Shown here: positions 1-11,898 of the stretch, one piece after another
Numbering within the stretch: the stretch's first letter is position 1
Layout of the letters: each line of letters starts with the position of its first letter
NCBI GenBank assembly: GCA_965287045.1
Contig: OZ336877.1
Coordinates: forward strand, 6,448,001-6,512,000
Reading direction: 5' to 3'
Source: Carcharhinus amblyrhynchos
Lineage: Eukaryota
Length of the DNA stretch: 64,000 bases
Translations under genes and position numbers: made by a program
Notes under the pieces: generated by a model
Database searches by the model: none
What the model was told of the DNA's origin: nothing
Seen by the model: only the letters and a program-made list of their open reading frames with translations

Positions 1-275
1 TTGTTCTTTCTGCACTTGTGTCCCTTCAGACACAAATTCTTAAATCATTTAATACCTCTGCGTAATAGCAGTAACACAGGAAAAATGATGGCCTCCGTGC
101 ACCAGTGCACTGAATTTGTAAACACATTTATAAAGAACTGGGTCATGATTTTCCTCCACACAACACACAGAGGATATGTTTTCTTTCACAAAAGAATGTT
201 GATAAAAGAATGCTGAAGGTATAAGAGATAGAACATCAATATCCAACATCAAAGTTATGAAGAATGATATTATTA

Positions 276-540
276 GGTCAGCATCATAGCACAGTGGTTA
301 GCACTGCTGCCTCAGAGCTCTAGGGTCCTGGGTTCAATTTCTGGTTTGAGTCACTGTCTGTGTGGAGTTTGCACATTCTCCCCATGTCTGTGGGGTTTCC
401 TCCAGGTGCTTCAGTTTCCTCCCATAGTCTGAAAGGTGTGCTGGTTAGATGCATTGATCCAAACAGGTGCCGGAGTGTGGCAACTCGGCGAATTTCACAG
501 CAACTTCATTGCAGTCTTACTTGTGACTAATAAATAAAGT
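276..540 (+). mobile_element. V-SINE (HE1-like tRNA head and V-domain) with alternative tail B
   Basis: GCACAGTGGTTAGCACTGCTGCC...GGGTTCAAT A/B-box head; TGTGTGGAGTTTGCACATTCTCCCC V-domain; tail ...TTCACAGCAACTTCATTGCAGT...TGTGACTAATAAATAAA. Confidence 0.85.
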
Positions 541-617
541 TTACTTTTATCAGAAACTTGACTTTGATAAAATTCAGCACTTATAAAGGAGGTTAAGGAA
601 AGATGGCTGTGATGTAC

Positions 618-837
618 GCTGGGTACTTCGGTTTCCTCCCACAGTCCAAAGATGTGCGGGTTAGGTTGATTGGCCGTGCTAAGGAATTGCCCCTTAGTGT
701 CCAGGGATGCGTAGATTAGAGGGATTAGTGGGTATAATATGTAGGGATATGGGGGTAGGGCCTGGGTGGGATTGTGTTCGGTGCAGACTCGATGGGCCGA
801 AGGGCCTCTTTCTGCACTGTAGGGTTCTATGTTCTAT
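618..837 (+). mobile_element. 5'-truncated HE1 SINE with HER1/CR1-type tail
   Basis: GGTTTCCTCCCACAGTCCAAAGATGTG core; tail GACTCGATGGGCCGAAGGGCCTCTTTCTGCACTGTAGGGTTCTATGTTCTA. Confidence 0.85.
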
Positions 838-1489
838 GCGTGAACATGTTGAGGACAGCTGAACATCTTTCAAGGCCTGAGATTTAGAATTCCTCATGAA
901 GATTCTGAGGAAGATTGAGGAAGTGTTGGACAGACATAGCATATTTGTCATAGCAAGAGACACAGATAACTGAGGTGGTCAGGCTAGTTCAAAACCAACG
1001 ACAGAGGAGTAAACTCTTTCTATCCCATTCTCATTCTTGAGCAGGGGTGATGAGAATTTAATCCTAATAGGAGATAGAATATAGTTTCATATCTTTTATT
1101 TGAAAAAGGCACTGGTCATTGTTGTCTTTGGGGCTGAGTTTTGCCAGTGAGACAGATTCAGGTTTGGAGGCAATCGTGGCAGCATTTTCCTGATCCTTCT
1201 GGATCAGGAGTGTGCAGAACTGAAAGGCAGCTTCAGGGGCTAATATCCAGTTAATATACCCGTGTGATGCTATTGGACAGGATGCTTTAAGAATGAGTCA
1301 TGTAATAGACTTCAATGATCTAAACCTCTCCCCCTAAACCCACCCATTACTCCTTCCCTGTCTCTTCCCAAGACCCTCCGTAAAACCCACATTCCAGCCA
1401 CACCTCCTAAAATCGCTGGCTCCAAGTCTATTTTTTTCCCCTTATCAATCTGTGAACTGTCTTGGGACATTTTACTCCAATAAGAGCAA

Positions 1490-1960
1490 TGTATGAACAG
1501 AGAAGCCGATAACTAGAAAACATAAATTTATAATAATTAACAGGATTAGAGCAGAGTTGAGATTAAATATTTTCACCACCTGGTGATGGGCTCAGACACT
1601 ACTTGAAAGGTTGGTAGAGACAGAATTCCTCACCTGATGTAAAAAATGCTTGGACATACATTTAAAATGGTGTATCCTACAAGGCTATGAATCAGAAGCT
1701 GGAAGTGGGCATTAGGCTGGTTGGGTTTGTTTTGGCCAGCACAGGCACAATGGAACAAATGGCCTCATCCTGTGCTATTAATTGTCTATCTTTCAATGGC
1801 CAGAATTTGAGAGGGTATTCTTAGGGCTAAAGGGATCAAAGGATACCGGGGAAAGGTGGGAACAGGATATTGAAGGTGATAATCAGCCATGGTCAAAAAT
1901 GAATGGCAGAGCAGGCTCGAAAGGCTGAGTGACCATTCCTGCTTCTAATTTTTATGTCTC
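1490..1960 (+). mobile_element. Decayed CR1 LINE 3' fragments (two adjacent ends)
   Basis: GGGATCAAAGGATACCGGGGAAAGGTGGGAACAGG...GCAGAGCAGGCTCGAAAGGCTGA CR1 3' end motifs. Confidence 0.6.
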
Positions 1961-2464
1961 TATTCCCCATCCACACTGATGACACTAAAAGTTTGGGGCT
2001 TTCTTATTCAATATTTTGAAGCATTCCCTTCAGTCTCCCTCTGCCTCAGCAGCGCTCACTGGTCCTGGTGGGGCTGCCAACCAGCCATCAGGCCAGGCCC
2101 TTCTGTGTCTGTGGGCTGCCTGTCACCCCTAATTGGATGGATATGCAGAGGTGGCCTGTTCATTGGCTGCCCCCTAGAGGATCACGTGAGCACACTAATT
2201 GACAAGAGGGTGGGTTCAGAAAAGGTATATTCTTGTGAAAGAGAAACTTAGCCTTAGTTGTGAGGTTGAGTAGAGGGCAGGCAGTTTCCCCCTTCTCACT
2301 TGGTCAGAACAAACTGAAGCCCCTCACTGTAAATGCACATAACCAGGGAAATGCATAAGATTAATTTGTCCTGGTGAACTTATACCATGAAGCTTAAGAT
2401 GGCTACTGGGTGACAAGAGGTACCTGTTGAGAATGTGGCTGATGGAACCATACCAAACTTCAGC

Positions 2465-3170
2465 TTCGATGTAGAGGGACCTTGTGCATGAATTGCAGAA
2501 AACTAGTATGTAGGTAGGTACAGCAGGCTATAAGGAAGGTAAATGGAATTTTGGCGACTGTTGCTAAAAAAAAGTATAGAAGTGTTGCTGCAACTGTACA
2601 AAACATTAGTGAGACCACCCCATGAGTACTGTGTACAGTTTGGGTCCCCTTACCTAAGAAGGGACGAGGTTGCATTGGAGGCAGTTCAGAGGAGACTCAC
2701 TAGTTTGATTGCAGATATGTGGGGAAATATGAAGAGAGATTGAGCAGTTTACTCGCTAGAGTTTAGAAGAATGAGGGAGATCTGATTGAGTATGTGAGAT
2801 GATAAAGAGGATTGACAAAGTAGACATAAGAGAGGATGTATTGTCTTGTGGGGCAAACTAGAATGAGAGGCCGTAGTTTTAGGATAAGGAGGGGTAGATT
2901 TAAAACAGAGATGAGGAAAAATTATTTCTCTCAAAAGGTGGTGAATCTGTGGAATTCACTAGCCAGAGTGCAATGGATGCTGGGACATTGAGTAAATTTA
3001 AGAAGGAGATAGACGGGTATAATTAGTATTAGGTTGAAAATCATGGAAAATGGGCAGGAAAGTGGAGTTGAGGCCAAGATGAGATCAGTCATGATTGTAT
3101 TGAACGGTGGAACAGACTCGAGGGGCTGAATTGCCAACTCCTGCTCCTAGTTCTTATGTTCTTATGTTCT
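2465..3170 (+). mobile_element. CR1 LINE 3' fragment (RT C-terminus, 3' UTR, (TTCTTATG)n tail)
   Basis: ORF 2543-2743 LLQLYKTLVRPPHEYCVQF; GGCTGAATTGCCAACTCCTGCTCCTAGTTCTTATGTTCTTATG end. Confidence 0.9.
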
Positions 3171-3230
3171 CAGAGAACCAGCAATGAAGCACAGGAGTGA
3201 TACAGCCATGGACACATCTCAGCAAATCAG

Positions 3231-3480
3231 GTGGTAAAGGGGACAACTCAGCGCATCAAAGTTATGATTCTGCTGTTTTACAGGTCAGGGGGCAGTGCTC
3301 CTAGGAAGATTTCCAAGATTGCAGTAGAATGTTTTACATTACACAACTTTGTCCTCCAGGAAGGAGCGGACCAACACCCCAAAGGTCATTTAATCTCACA
3401 AACGAAAGAGCTAGGAGAGCACGCTAGGGATCCAGGTGCAGACAGGCCTGCCAGAGCATGTAGGGAAGCCCAGGCTCCAG
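3231..3480 (+). mobile_element. Decayed PIF/Harbinger DDE transposase C-terminal fragment
   Basis: Translation FYRSGGSAPRKISKIAVECFTLHNF resembles the Harbinger/HARBI1 motif CLDRSGG...P.KV..II.AC..LHN. Confidence 0.55.
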
Positions 3481-3757
3481 CCATCATCAAGGCAGCAGCT
3501 AAAGTTCCACTGCTCACTACAACCTTTGAGCATTGACTTTACTTTAGTAGCAAAAATTTGAAAGACTGTCCAGATAGTTACTGCTGAAGGATTCTTATTC
3601 GTGACATCACAGCAGCTGATGCACTAGGTGATGAATCTACCTCCAAGTTCCTCCTAACCACCAATTCTGAAGCCAAAATCCAAGTGATTGGCTGGAAATG
3701 GATTCCTTTGAACAACATTAGGAAGTTATACACCACACAATCCTTATAATTTCACAG

Positions 3758-3999
3758 CGGGCAAGACAAAGGGAAAGGCCAGCAGTAAGAAGGGAAAGGG
3801 AGGCAAGAAAGCTGGGGGTGGCAAAAAGAAGAAGGAGGAGGACAAGAAGGAGAAAGGTTCCAAATCCAAAACTGAGTTGGATGTTCTGAGTCCGGCAGCC
3901 ATGTTCAACCTGATCTACATCTCGCACAACGTCACTGACGGTTTAGCCTTTCGAGGCTTTGCCTGGCCTGGCAGACCAAAGAAGAAAGGGCAGAAGTAA
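3758..3999 (+). CDS. SMKR1: Small lysine-rich protein 1-like, main/last coding exon; start-codon exon not located
   Basis: Acceptor TTTCACAG at 3750-3757, then (x)[82 protein letters not shown]. This matches the SMKR1 motif [25 protein letters not shown].WPG. An in-frame stop at 3709 with no ATG after it means splicing is required. AATAAA occurs downstream (~4012, ~4095). Confidence 0.88.
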
Positions 4000-4269
4000 A
4001 TTAGTTAATTAAATAAAGAAAGAAAAAAGGATATAAAGTTCAGCTGTTCAATTGTGCTCTTGAATATGTAACAACTTGTATCACTTTACATGTGAATAAA
4101 TATTTTAAAAATTCTTTCCAAGACCACTGCCAAATAAATCTGTTATTCGAGCATCAGGAAACCACAAATAGCATGGCAGACAAAACAATAAATATCAAGT
4201 TAAATGGAACAGTACACAGTGTACATTCAAATATCACAGTGAAAGTAATAATAAATAATAAGGCACATA

Positions 4270-5026
4270 ATAAAAAGTGATGATAAACAGAAATACCACC
4301 TTATGATAAAAAGACCCCACAAGAAGAAAACAGGGAGAATTGTAGATTGGAAACAAGCTAACCCTTTGGCAGAGACAGAAGATGAAGCAGAAAGGGTTTG
4401 GCTGAAGTTAAGACAATTAGAAATGATAGTTCCACTTGTGAAATGTATACGTCAGTAAGGACATGATGGATTCCCCTCTCAAGAAACACAGAAAGACTTC
4501 AAAAGAAACTAGGAAACATTGAACATAAAGAGGAATCAGCAAAAAGAATTAAATCTTACAGTGCAGAAGGAGGCCCATCGAGTCTGCACAACCAACAATC
4601 TCATCAAGACTCTATTCCTGTTAATGTTGATTCAGTGGAGCATCTCAGACTACAGAATTATACCAACATACATGAAACAGGAAAACCTCTCAAAGATTTG
4701 ATTTATAATTCTCCAACTCATGTATATAATGTTTAGTTAATATTTAGGACTCAGTAAATTAGTTATTGAAGGTTATATAAAGGAGTTAAAGGGGGAGGAA
4801 TGTGGTGATTGTCCCTTTAAGGGCAACACAGCAGAGTAAGCATCACATGGCTTGGGTGACCATTGAGACTCAGAGTTGGTAATCACCCCAGGGTGGAGTT
4901 ATTTCTCAGGCAGAAGATGTGTCGGGGATTAAGGCATCTGGGTGGCTGATGTACTACTGTACAGTTTTTCTTGCTAATAAATATGTTTTCTGTTTCTAAT
5001 GAAGGATGTGAAAGTACACCATTACA
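4270..5026 (+). mobile_element. LTR retrotransposon (Gypsy-like) 3' remnant: decayed pol end, PPT and 3' LTR
   Basis: Polypurine tract AAAGGGGGAGGAA (~4788-4800) immediately followed by TGTGG...ATTACA (4801-5026) containing AATAAA. Confidence 0.6.
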
Positions 5027-5039
5027 CGGGGATAATCAG

Positions 5040-6090
5040 GTAGTGGAGTGTGTAATGTGGACAGGACCCCTAATTCCTTCTGTGTCTCTCTCTTCCCCTC
5101 TCCGTGCTTGATGTATACTGTGGAGCAGATGTCCCTGCACTGGTGGCTGCTGTTGGTCAGAAGCTGAAGTTTAAACCAGGATCTGTCTCATTTCATTGAC
5201 GGGTTCATTGTTTCTTTGCAAGAGTGTGACAAAGAACCTCATTAAGCTGGGGAAGAACCTTATTGCTTCTTTGCTGATGCTGGTAAAGGGCCTGTGCGTG
5301 CTGCCCAAGACTGCCTCTATATTACACACACTTTGAACAAATTCAATCAAGGTTCGCTGAAGCAAGTTAGCAATAACCAGATGCCTCTTAATATCCTCAA
5401 GCTAGCTGTGGTATAACCGCTCAAGGAATGTCAGGTGATTTGCATTTTGTCCACCACTGGCACGGGTCCTTGTCTTTGTGCAGACAGTGGAATTTCTGCT
5501 CCCAAAGCTGAAGGTTCCTCACCTCCCACTCCTCACGAACAGTAAGGTGTAATATTATCACAGAATTTTCAACACCATCTTGACCATGCTTAAAATCAGA
5601 GATCTCTCCCTCCTGATGCTCCTTTCCCTCCTCCACTGCAGCTGCCACACCGCCTTGGTGTGAAACATTTACCTTTATTCCTTCCATATCAACCCTTTCA
5701 GAAACCTTGGAGGTTCCTCCTGCCAACTCGCCTCCATTACTGTTTGATGTGCTGAGCTGCCAGAGGAGAAGCTTCATAATTAGTTCTTGTCACGTAAATT
5801 AACTCTCTGCCTGATGCTTTCAGCATGCAGCTGCTGAGATCACCTCCGCTTATCACCACATCTGATTCATTATTGGTTATCATGGGGTTGGAGATGTCAA
5901 ATAGCTGCTTCAAAAATTCCATCAACTCCTTGCTGTACGGGACATCGCTCTAGCCTCTGCTTAGTAAGTGCTGCAGGGTGTTATGGACCAGATTTTCGTC
6001 AAGGAAGAAATTAATTTTCTTTCTAAAATCTTGCTTCAGACTTTGCTGTGCTGTCTTGCGACACGTGTTAAACCACTGGAGATATCTTCC
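5040..6090 (-). pseudogene. Putative disabled coding exon of an unidentified, helical-looking protein
   Basis: ~350 codons readable through two TAG stops (5950-5952, 5402-5404), one TAA (5171-5173) and about two frameshifts, joining ORFs 5737-5925, 5421-5777 and 5171-5365; no recognisable repeat motif. Confidence 0.4.
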
Positions 6091-6999
6091 TTGTTTTACT
6101 CAGTGTTGGTGAGGATAGAGGGGGAGGCAGTAGTTGTGATTAGATATAAAAATAATCAAAGCCAAGGCCATTTCCAAGGCAACTGTATTTTATGCCACCT
6201 CGTAAAATGAATAAGCAAAAGCAACACCTCATGGTGTTTCTGTATTTTAAACTTAAAAAGTAGGAATTTTCAGTTTTAGAAAATTACATGTACATTTACA
6301 CAGACATACTCCCTGGCAGAATGCATCAAATGGTTACATTTTTCCCTACATTGAACCATCGTGCATGGCACATTGCTATTCATGCTCACTGCCAGCCCTA
6401 CATCCATGCAGGCAAGGATATCATTTTCCTGTGGGACGGAGGGCTTCACTTTTCTAGCTCGTTGGGTAAGATTACATCTCAATTCCACCTTCATCTCAAC
6501 GTTCATTTCTTTGTCCATGAAATTCTGGCTCCTTTTCTTCTAGACACTTTGACATCTTCCAATTGCAAGAACAGAAGTACATCTTGGTGGGCTGCCAGTA
6601 GAATTATGAAATAATATTAAATGTTTCAAATAAATTTCAAAAAGATTTAAACTGTAACACATTAAAAAATACTGGAGAAGCTTATAACACTTACCTCACT
6701 CTTTTAAGCAATCTGTTGGATGTCTTTAGTGGAGACCTCCCAGCTCTTCCAGAATCTGAGGGGCATGATCTCGCCTCTGCTGCCTATGTTTCTGCAGTGG
6801 AAGATTAGACTCCAAGTCTAATCTCAAAACACATGGCTGCTTTGTGTCTACTTTATTGTGTGATCAGCAGATTAGACGCAACGGTTCAGACACTGTTCGG
6901 AAGATTGGATCATTTCATGTAGGAGTGTAGAGTTTTCTGCAGTTTGTCCTGAAAAGCAATGAAAACACGGTCAATAGTGAAGAGCAACAGCAACACTTC

Positions 7000-7255
7000 A
7001 TTTATAAGGAGCATTTAACTTCACGGGAATGTAATAAAACAAAGTATGACACCGAGTCACAAGAGGAGATTTTAGGGCAAGTAACCAAAGCTTGTTTAAA
7101 GAAGTAGGTTTTAAAGAGTGTCCTGAAGGAGGCAAGCAGGTAGAGAGGGTTAGGAAGATTATACCAGAACTTGGGGGCCATGCAGGCAGCTGAAGGCACA
7201 GCCACCAACAATGGAGCAGCGAAAGATGGGCAGTTGAGTAGGTCAGAGATTTAAG
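7000..7255 (-). mobile_element. L2-type LINE 3' fragment (decayed)
   Basis: Minus translation PKFWYNLPNPL...SFRTLFKTYFF resembles the L2 ORF2 C-terminus. Confidence 0.6.
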
Positions 7256-7914
7256 AAGTTAAAAAGAGTCAGAACAAAAGAATAGAGCGTTGCGTGAGCA
7301 ACTTCTGTGTTGAAACATGATTTACAAAGCAGGATAGCATTTCACTCGGTCAAACTGAAGATATTTAAAGAGCAAATATTGGTGTTGGTGGCTGCTGCTC
7401 AGTACAGATCTTCTGATGCCAATAATGGTGCATGTTAAGACCTTTGCCGCTGTTGTGCATTGAGACCCTTTCAAAGTCCCGACCTGCATACATGCGTGGG
7501 AAGTTTAAATTTCCAATGGACATATTTGCATAGACTAGGTCCTTCTGAAAATGTCTCCTGTAGTTGAAACCAGTATCAGAGACTTGGGTCCGTTGCACAA
7601 TACTTACCCAGATATTTACCCTAATACTACCCCACTGTCAATTTCTGTTATTGGTCAATAATGAACAGCACAGCCCTACCCATGTAACTCCCAAAAAGCC
7701 CCAATCACCCCCAACTCCCCAATGCCCCATGCACTCCCAAACCCAACCCTTCCTCCCACCCTCCATCCTGGCTACCCAACCCTCTGCCTACCCACCTCCC
7801 ACTGCCTGTGCGTCTCCCAGTTCAACCCAGATATCCAGACACCCACTCACTCATCCAATGACTAGCCCACAACTCCACTAAAAGCCTAAAACCTTCAGGA
7901 ATTTTAAGTTTAAA

Positions 7915-8202
7915 TTTATTTGTGTCACAAACAGGTTTACATTAACACAGCAATGAAGTTACTGCAAAAATCCCCAAGTCGCCACAATCCAACACCTATT
8001 CTGGTACACTGAGGGAGAATTTAGCATGGCCAATGCACTTAACCAGCATAATTTTCAGATTGTGGGAGGAAACTGGAACACCCGGAGGAAACCCACGCAG
8101 ACGCAGGGAGAACGTGAAAACTCCACACAGACGGTGACCCAAGCCGGGAATTGAACGCAAGTCCCTGGCACTGAGGCAGCAGCGCTAACCACTGTGCCAC
8201 TG
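7915..8202 (-). mobile_element. V-SINE with tail B
   Basis: Reverse complement of the element family seen at 276-540. Confidence 0.85.
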
Positions 8203-10159
8203 AGTTAACCTAAACCCTCAACAGCTGGCACTGCTGCACCTTTTCACCATTGCTCTCCAATAGATAGCTTCACTGATCAATCACTGCAGGACAGGAAGAG
8301 CCTGCTGCAAGGTCAGAGAAAGGTTGCTGGTTGAAAGATCTGGCTGTCTGGGCAGGAGGGTTACATTCAACACTTCTGATTTCACACACTCGCGATTTGT
8401 TGTTCTTTTTTAACATTCTTCTGCGCAAATGGAAAAGACTCGCCACTAAATGATATATTACTCCTGTCTTTGGCAGGGACACCTTTAATAATATTAAGAC
8501 ATATATAAATAGTAAAGGAAAAATCTTAAGAAGTGGTTTGCAGAAGCTGAAAAATGTTGAATGAGCAAAAACATAAATCCTGAAAGCAGAGAGGATGAGT
8601 GTTCATTGGCTGAACTAAAAATGAATCATGACTTGGAACTTAGTGAATACAAATGGCCAAAGCAAATATCAAATATTTTAATATCTAATTGTTTCAATCG
8701 AGTTATTTCTGGCAAGAAATAATCCAGCAATAGTTAAATCCAACCTTGAATAACATTTGTTTCAAAAAGCAATGACAGGTGAAGGACTTTCTTGTTGTTC
8801 CAATTTATGACCTCATTTCAGTGGCCAACAGAGTCCACAGCCACATCTTGCAGGCGGCAACAAATTAAGAACGGCTCTCAAGCCCCAAGAGATGGCACCA
8901 ATCACAGGACCACCCGCTCAACAACCTTAGCAATGCTACTGAGTGTGCTGCCGGGACTGGACCTGGAGGAGCGGGATGCAGCAATGTATGTGAGGAGAGG
9001 AGACCTGGGCAGCCTGGGCATGAGAGCTGGGGAGTGTTGCTGAGGAGTATGCAGCACTGTTGCTGCAGGAGTGGCTTTTGAAACTCTTGGGTCAAAGCAT
9101 GCCTGAGAAAAAGAGGACAACCCATGGGCCCAGCGGGGATTACCCAGCAATCTCCCAACATGGCAGAGGGCCTTCACTGTTGGCAATACGTCAGCAGGGG
9201 CAGGAAGAGACTTTTAATTGCCCACTTAAGTGGCTCAATTGGTCTCGGAGTGGGAGGGCCAACTGCCACCCTCCCAAAAGCAAGAAGACGCCCATCCATC
9301 CCCCTGCTCATCCCCAAATGTATGTATTAACCACACTCTCAATCTGTCCTGCCACTTCCAATAACTTACACTTTTTTTTTGTTCTTTATTCTTTGTATAC
9401 AGATCGTCCCTCTACTCCAAGAATTGTAGTGTTTATTTCTTTGCGTTCTTCCCTCCAAAATGAATCACTTCACATTTCTCTGCATTGAATTTCATCTTGT
9501 CCCCCAGTTTCACCAACCTGCCTTTGTTCTTTTGAAGTTCTGCACCATCGTCCTCATGGTTCACAATACCTCTTAATTTCCCATCATCTGCAAACGTTGA
9601 AATTCTGCCCTGTACACCAATGTCTAGATCATTAATGTATATCAGGAAAAGCAAGGCTTCCACTGCAAATCTTCCTCCAGCCCATGAAACATTAGCCACT
9701 ACTCCTTATTTCCTATTGCTAGGTCAGTTTTACTACTGTCCCATTTATTCCATGAGTTCTGTAGTGTTGCACAGTATCAAGAGGTTTTTGGAAGTCTATG
9801 TACACCACATAAACAGCATTACCCTCACCAACCCTCCCTATTACTCATCAAAAAATTCTAGCAAGTTAGTTAAACACGATTTACCCTTAACATTTCCATG
9901 TGGTTTCCTTTAATTAACCTACATTTGCCCAAGTAACTATTAATTTTCTCCTAAATTGACATTTCCAAAAGCTTCCCTACCATCAAGGTTAAACTGACAG
10001 GCCTGTAGATATTGGGCTTATCTTTTCACCCATTTTTGACCAAAAATGTGCCATTTCCAATTCTTCAGTCTTCCAGCACCACCCCTGATTCTAAGGAAGG
10101 TGGGGACATTATGGCCACTGCCTCTGCGATTTCTACTCACTTCCCTCAATATTCTTAGT

Positions 10160-10326
10160 AATCTCACAACACCAGATTAAAGTCCAACAGGTTTATTTGG
10201 TAGCACGAGCTTTCGGAACGCCGCTCCTTCATCAGGTGAGTGCCAAATAAACCTGTTGAACTTTGACCTGGTGTTGTGAGACCACTTACTGTGCCCACCC
10301 CAGTCCAACACTGACATCTCCACATC
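10160..10326. mobile_element. Penelope-like element terminal fragment with inverted partial pLTR (fold-back)
   Basis: ~40 bp inverted repeat 10162-10200 / 10243-10280, then the CCCAGTCCAACAC..CATCTCCACATC terminus; degenerate flanking duplication CTCAATATTCTTAG / CTCAGTGTTCTTGG. Confidence 0.8.
10204..10238 (-). ncRNA. Minimal type I hammerhead ribozyme motif (Penelope-associated)
   Basis: Minus strand reads CAC-CTGATGA-AGGAGC-GGC-GTTCC-GAAA-GC-TC-GTG: intact core, stem II, palindromic AGCT stem III and stem I CAC/GTG. Confidence 0.75.
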
Positions 10327-11898
10327 TCAGTGTTCTTGGATGCCTCTCATCTGGTCCTGGCATCTGGTCAATTTTAAGTGCAGGCAGTCTACCTTATACC
10401 TCCTCCTCATCAATTTTAAACTCTTTAAGTATCTAATCGGCCCCACTTTTTCACTTCCTACCCTTACTATTTATACGCTTATAGCAGACCTTTGCTTTAC
10501 CTTTTATGTTAGCTATTCTATCATAATCTCGCTTTGCTTCTCATTTATTTTTTTCAGTTCCCCTCTGAAACTTCTCTCTATGTCCTCATTCTAAATTGTA
10601 TTATCCACCTTACATCTGTCATGAGCACACCTTTTCTACTTCATTTTAATCTCTATTTCTTCTGTCATCCTCTGAAATCTTAATTTGTTTGCCGTATTTT
10701 TCCCTTCATTGATTCGATTTGAACTTCCTTTTTAAAGGCTGCCCATTGTTCAATTTTAGTTTTGCTTGCTAATCTTTGATTCCAAATTATCTGGGCCAGG
10801 TCCTTTGTTACCCCATTGAAGTTAATTTTCCCTCAGGTAATTATCCGTAATCTGAATTGCCCCTTGTACTTTTCCATAGCCAACCTAATGCAAGGATCAC
10901 TCTCCTTTAAATGTTCCCCTTCATCCACTTGGCCCACTTCACTTCCAAGATCCATGTCCAGCGTGTTAGTTTATTTTGCATTCAAAATCCGATGGAAGAG
11001 TGTTCACAATGTCCCACTCCACTACACACACACTCACTGTAAAGGGGGGACAGAAAAAAGAACCATAGAATCCCATCAATGCAGAAAGAGGCCATTTGGT
11101 CCATTGAGTCTGCACTGATGCTCTAAAAGAGCATCCTTTCCAGGGCTCTCCCCTCTATCCTATCCCCATAATGCCATGGCTAATCCATACATTTACCATG
11201 GCAATAGGAGTTTAACAACTATGGATCGTAACAGCACTAGAACCACAGAAATGAATGTGATTTCCAAGGCATGAAAAAGATGTTTCCTTTGTGACGGAAT
11301 TCAATCCCGATGAGTTTCTGGTTGCAGGCAACAGTCTAAATCATTGAAACCAATAACCCTCTTGCACAATAGGCTTTCTATGCTTAGACTATTTGGCAAG
11401 CATTGATCAAAGATTTTTAAAATCAGCAGTTTTAGGGAGCTGAGTAACCAATTGTCGCCAGTCTACTACAGTCCCGTCCAGTTGATGTTAAAACAGCAGT
11501 TTGAGGATTTCTCAGTTCTCAAAGGAATATTAGAAATTTCAAAATGGTCACTCAACTCATGTGACTTTCTTTCTCCACAATGATTTCAAAAGAGGTGCTT
11601 ATCCAATGTCTGGACCTGGCTTTGATTCTGGGATTGATAATGTTCCAGCATTAGCTGTTGAAAGAATTATCATCCATATTGAGGTTTGTGTGTCAGGATA
11701 CTATTGTCTAGGCACTCACTCTCTGACTCTGCTAGAGGGGTAAGCTTATCCATATGCAAATGATGTCCATTGTCCCCTTTTCAAATGGACCTGGACAGTG
11801 TCAGGTGTAAGACGAGTCTGTTAACTCCATATGATATCAACCTGTAGGCATAATGAGTTCTGATTTGTGAGTCCTTGTTTTGTGATAATAAATGGGAG

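Larger units (their letters stand above)
9420..10960 (-). mobile_element. Decayed CR1 LINE ORF2 fragment, interrupted by a Penelope-derived insert
   Basis: ORF 9433-9699 FLIYINDLDIGVQGRISTFADDGKL. Confidence 0.85.

Noticed and set aside
8792-9330. Overlapping 80-140 aa ORFs on both strands
   Set aside because: GC-richer decayed repeat-like sequence with no recognisable domain or splice structure.
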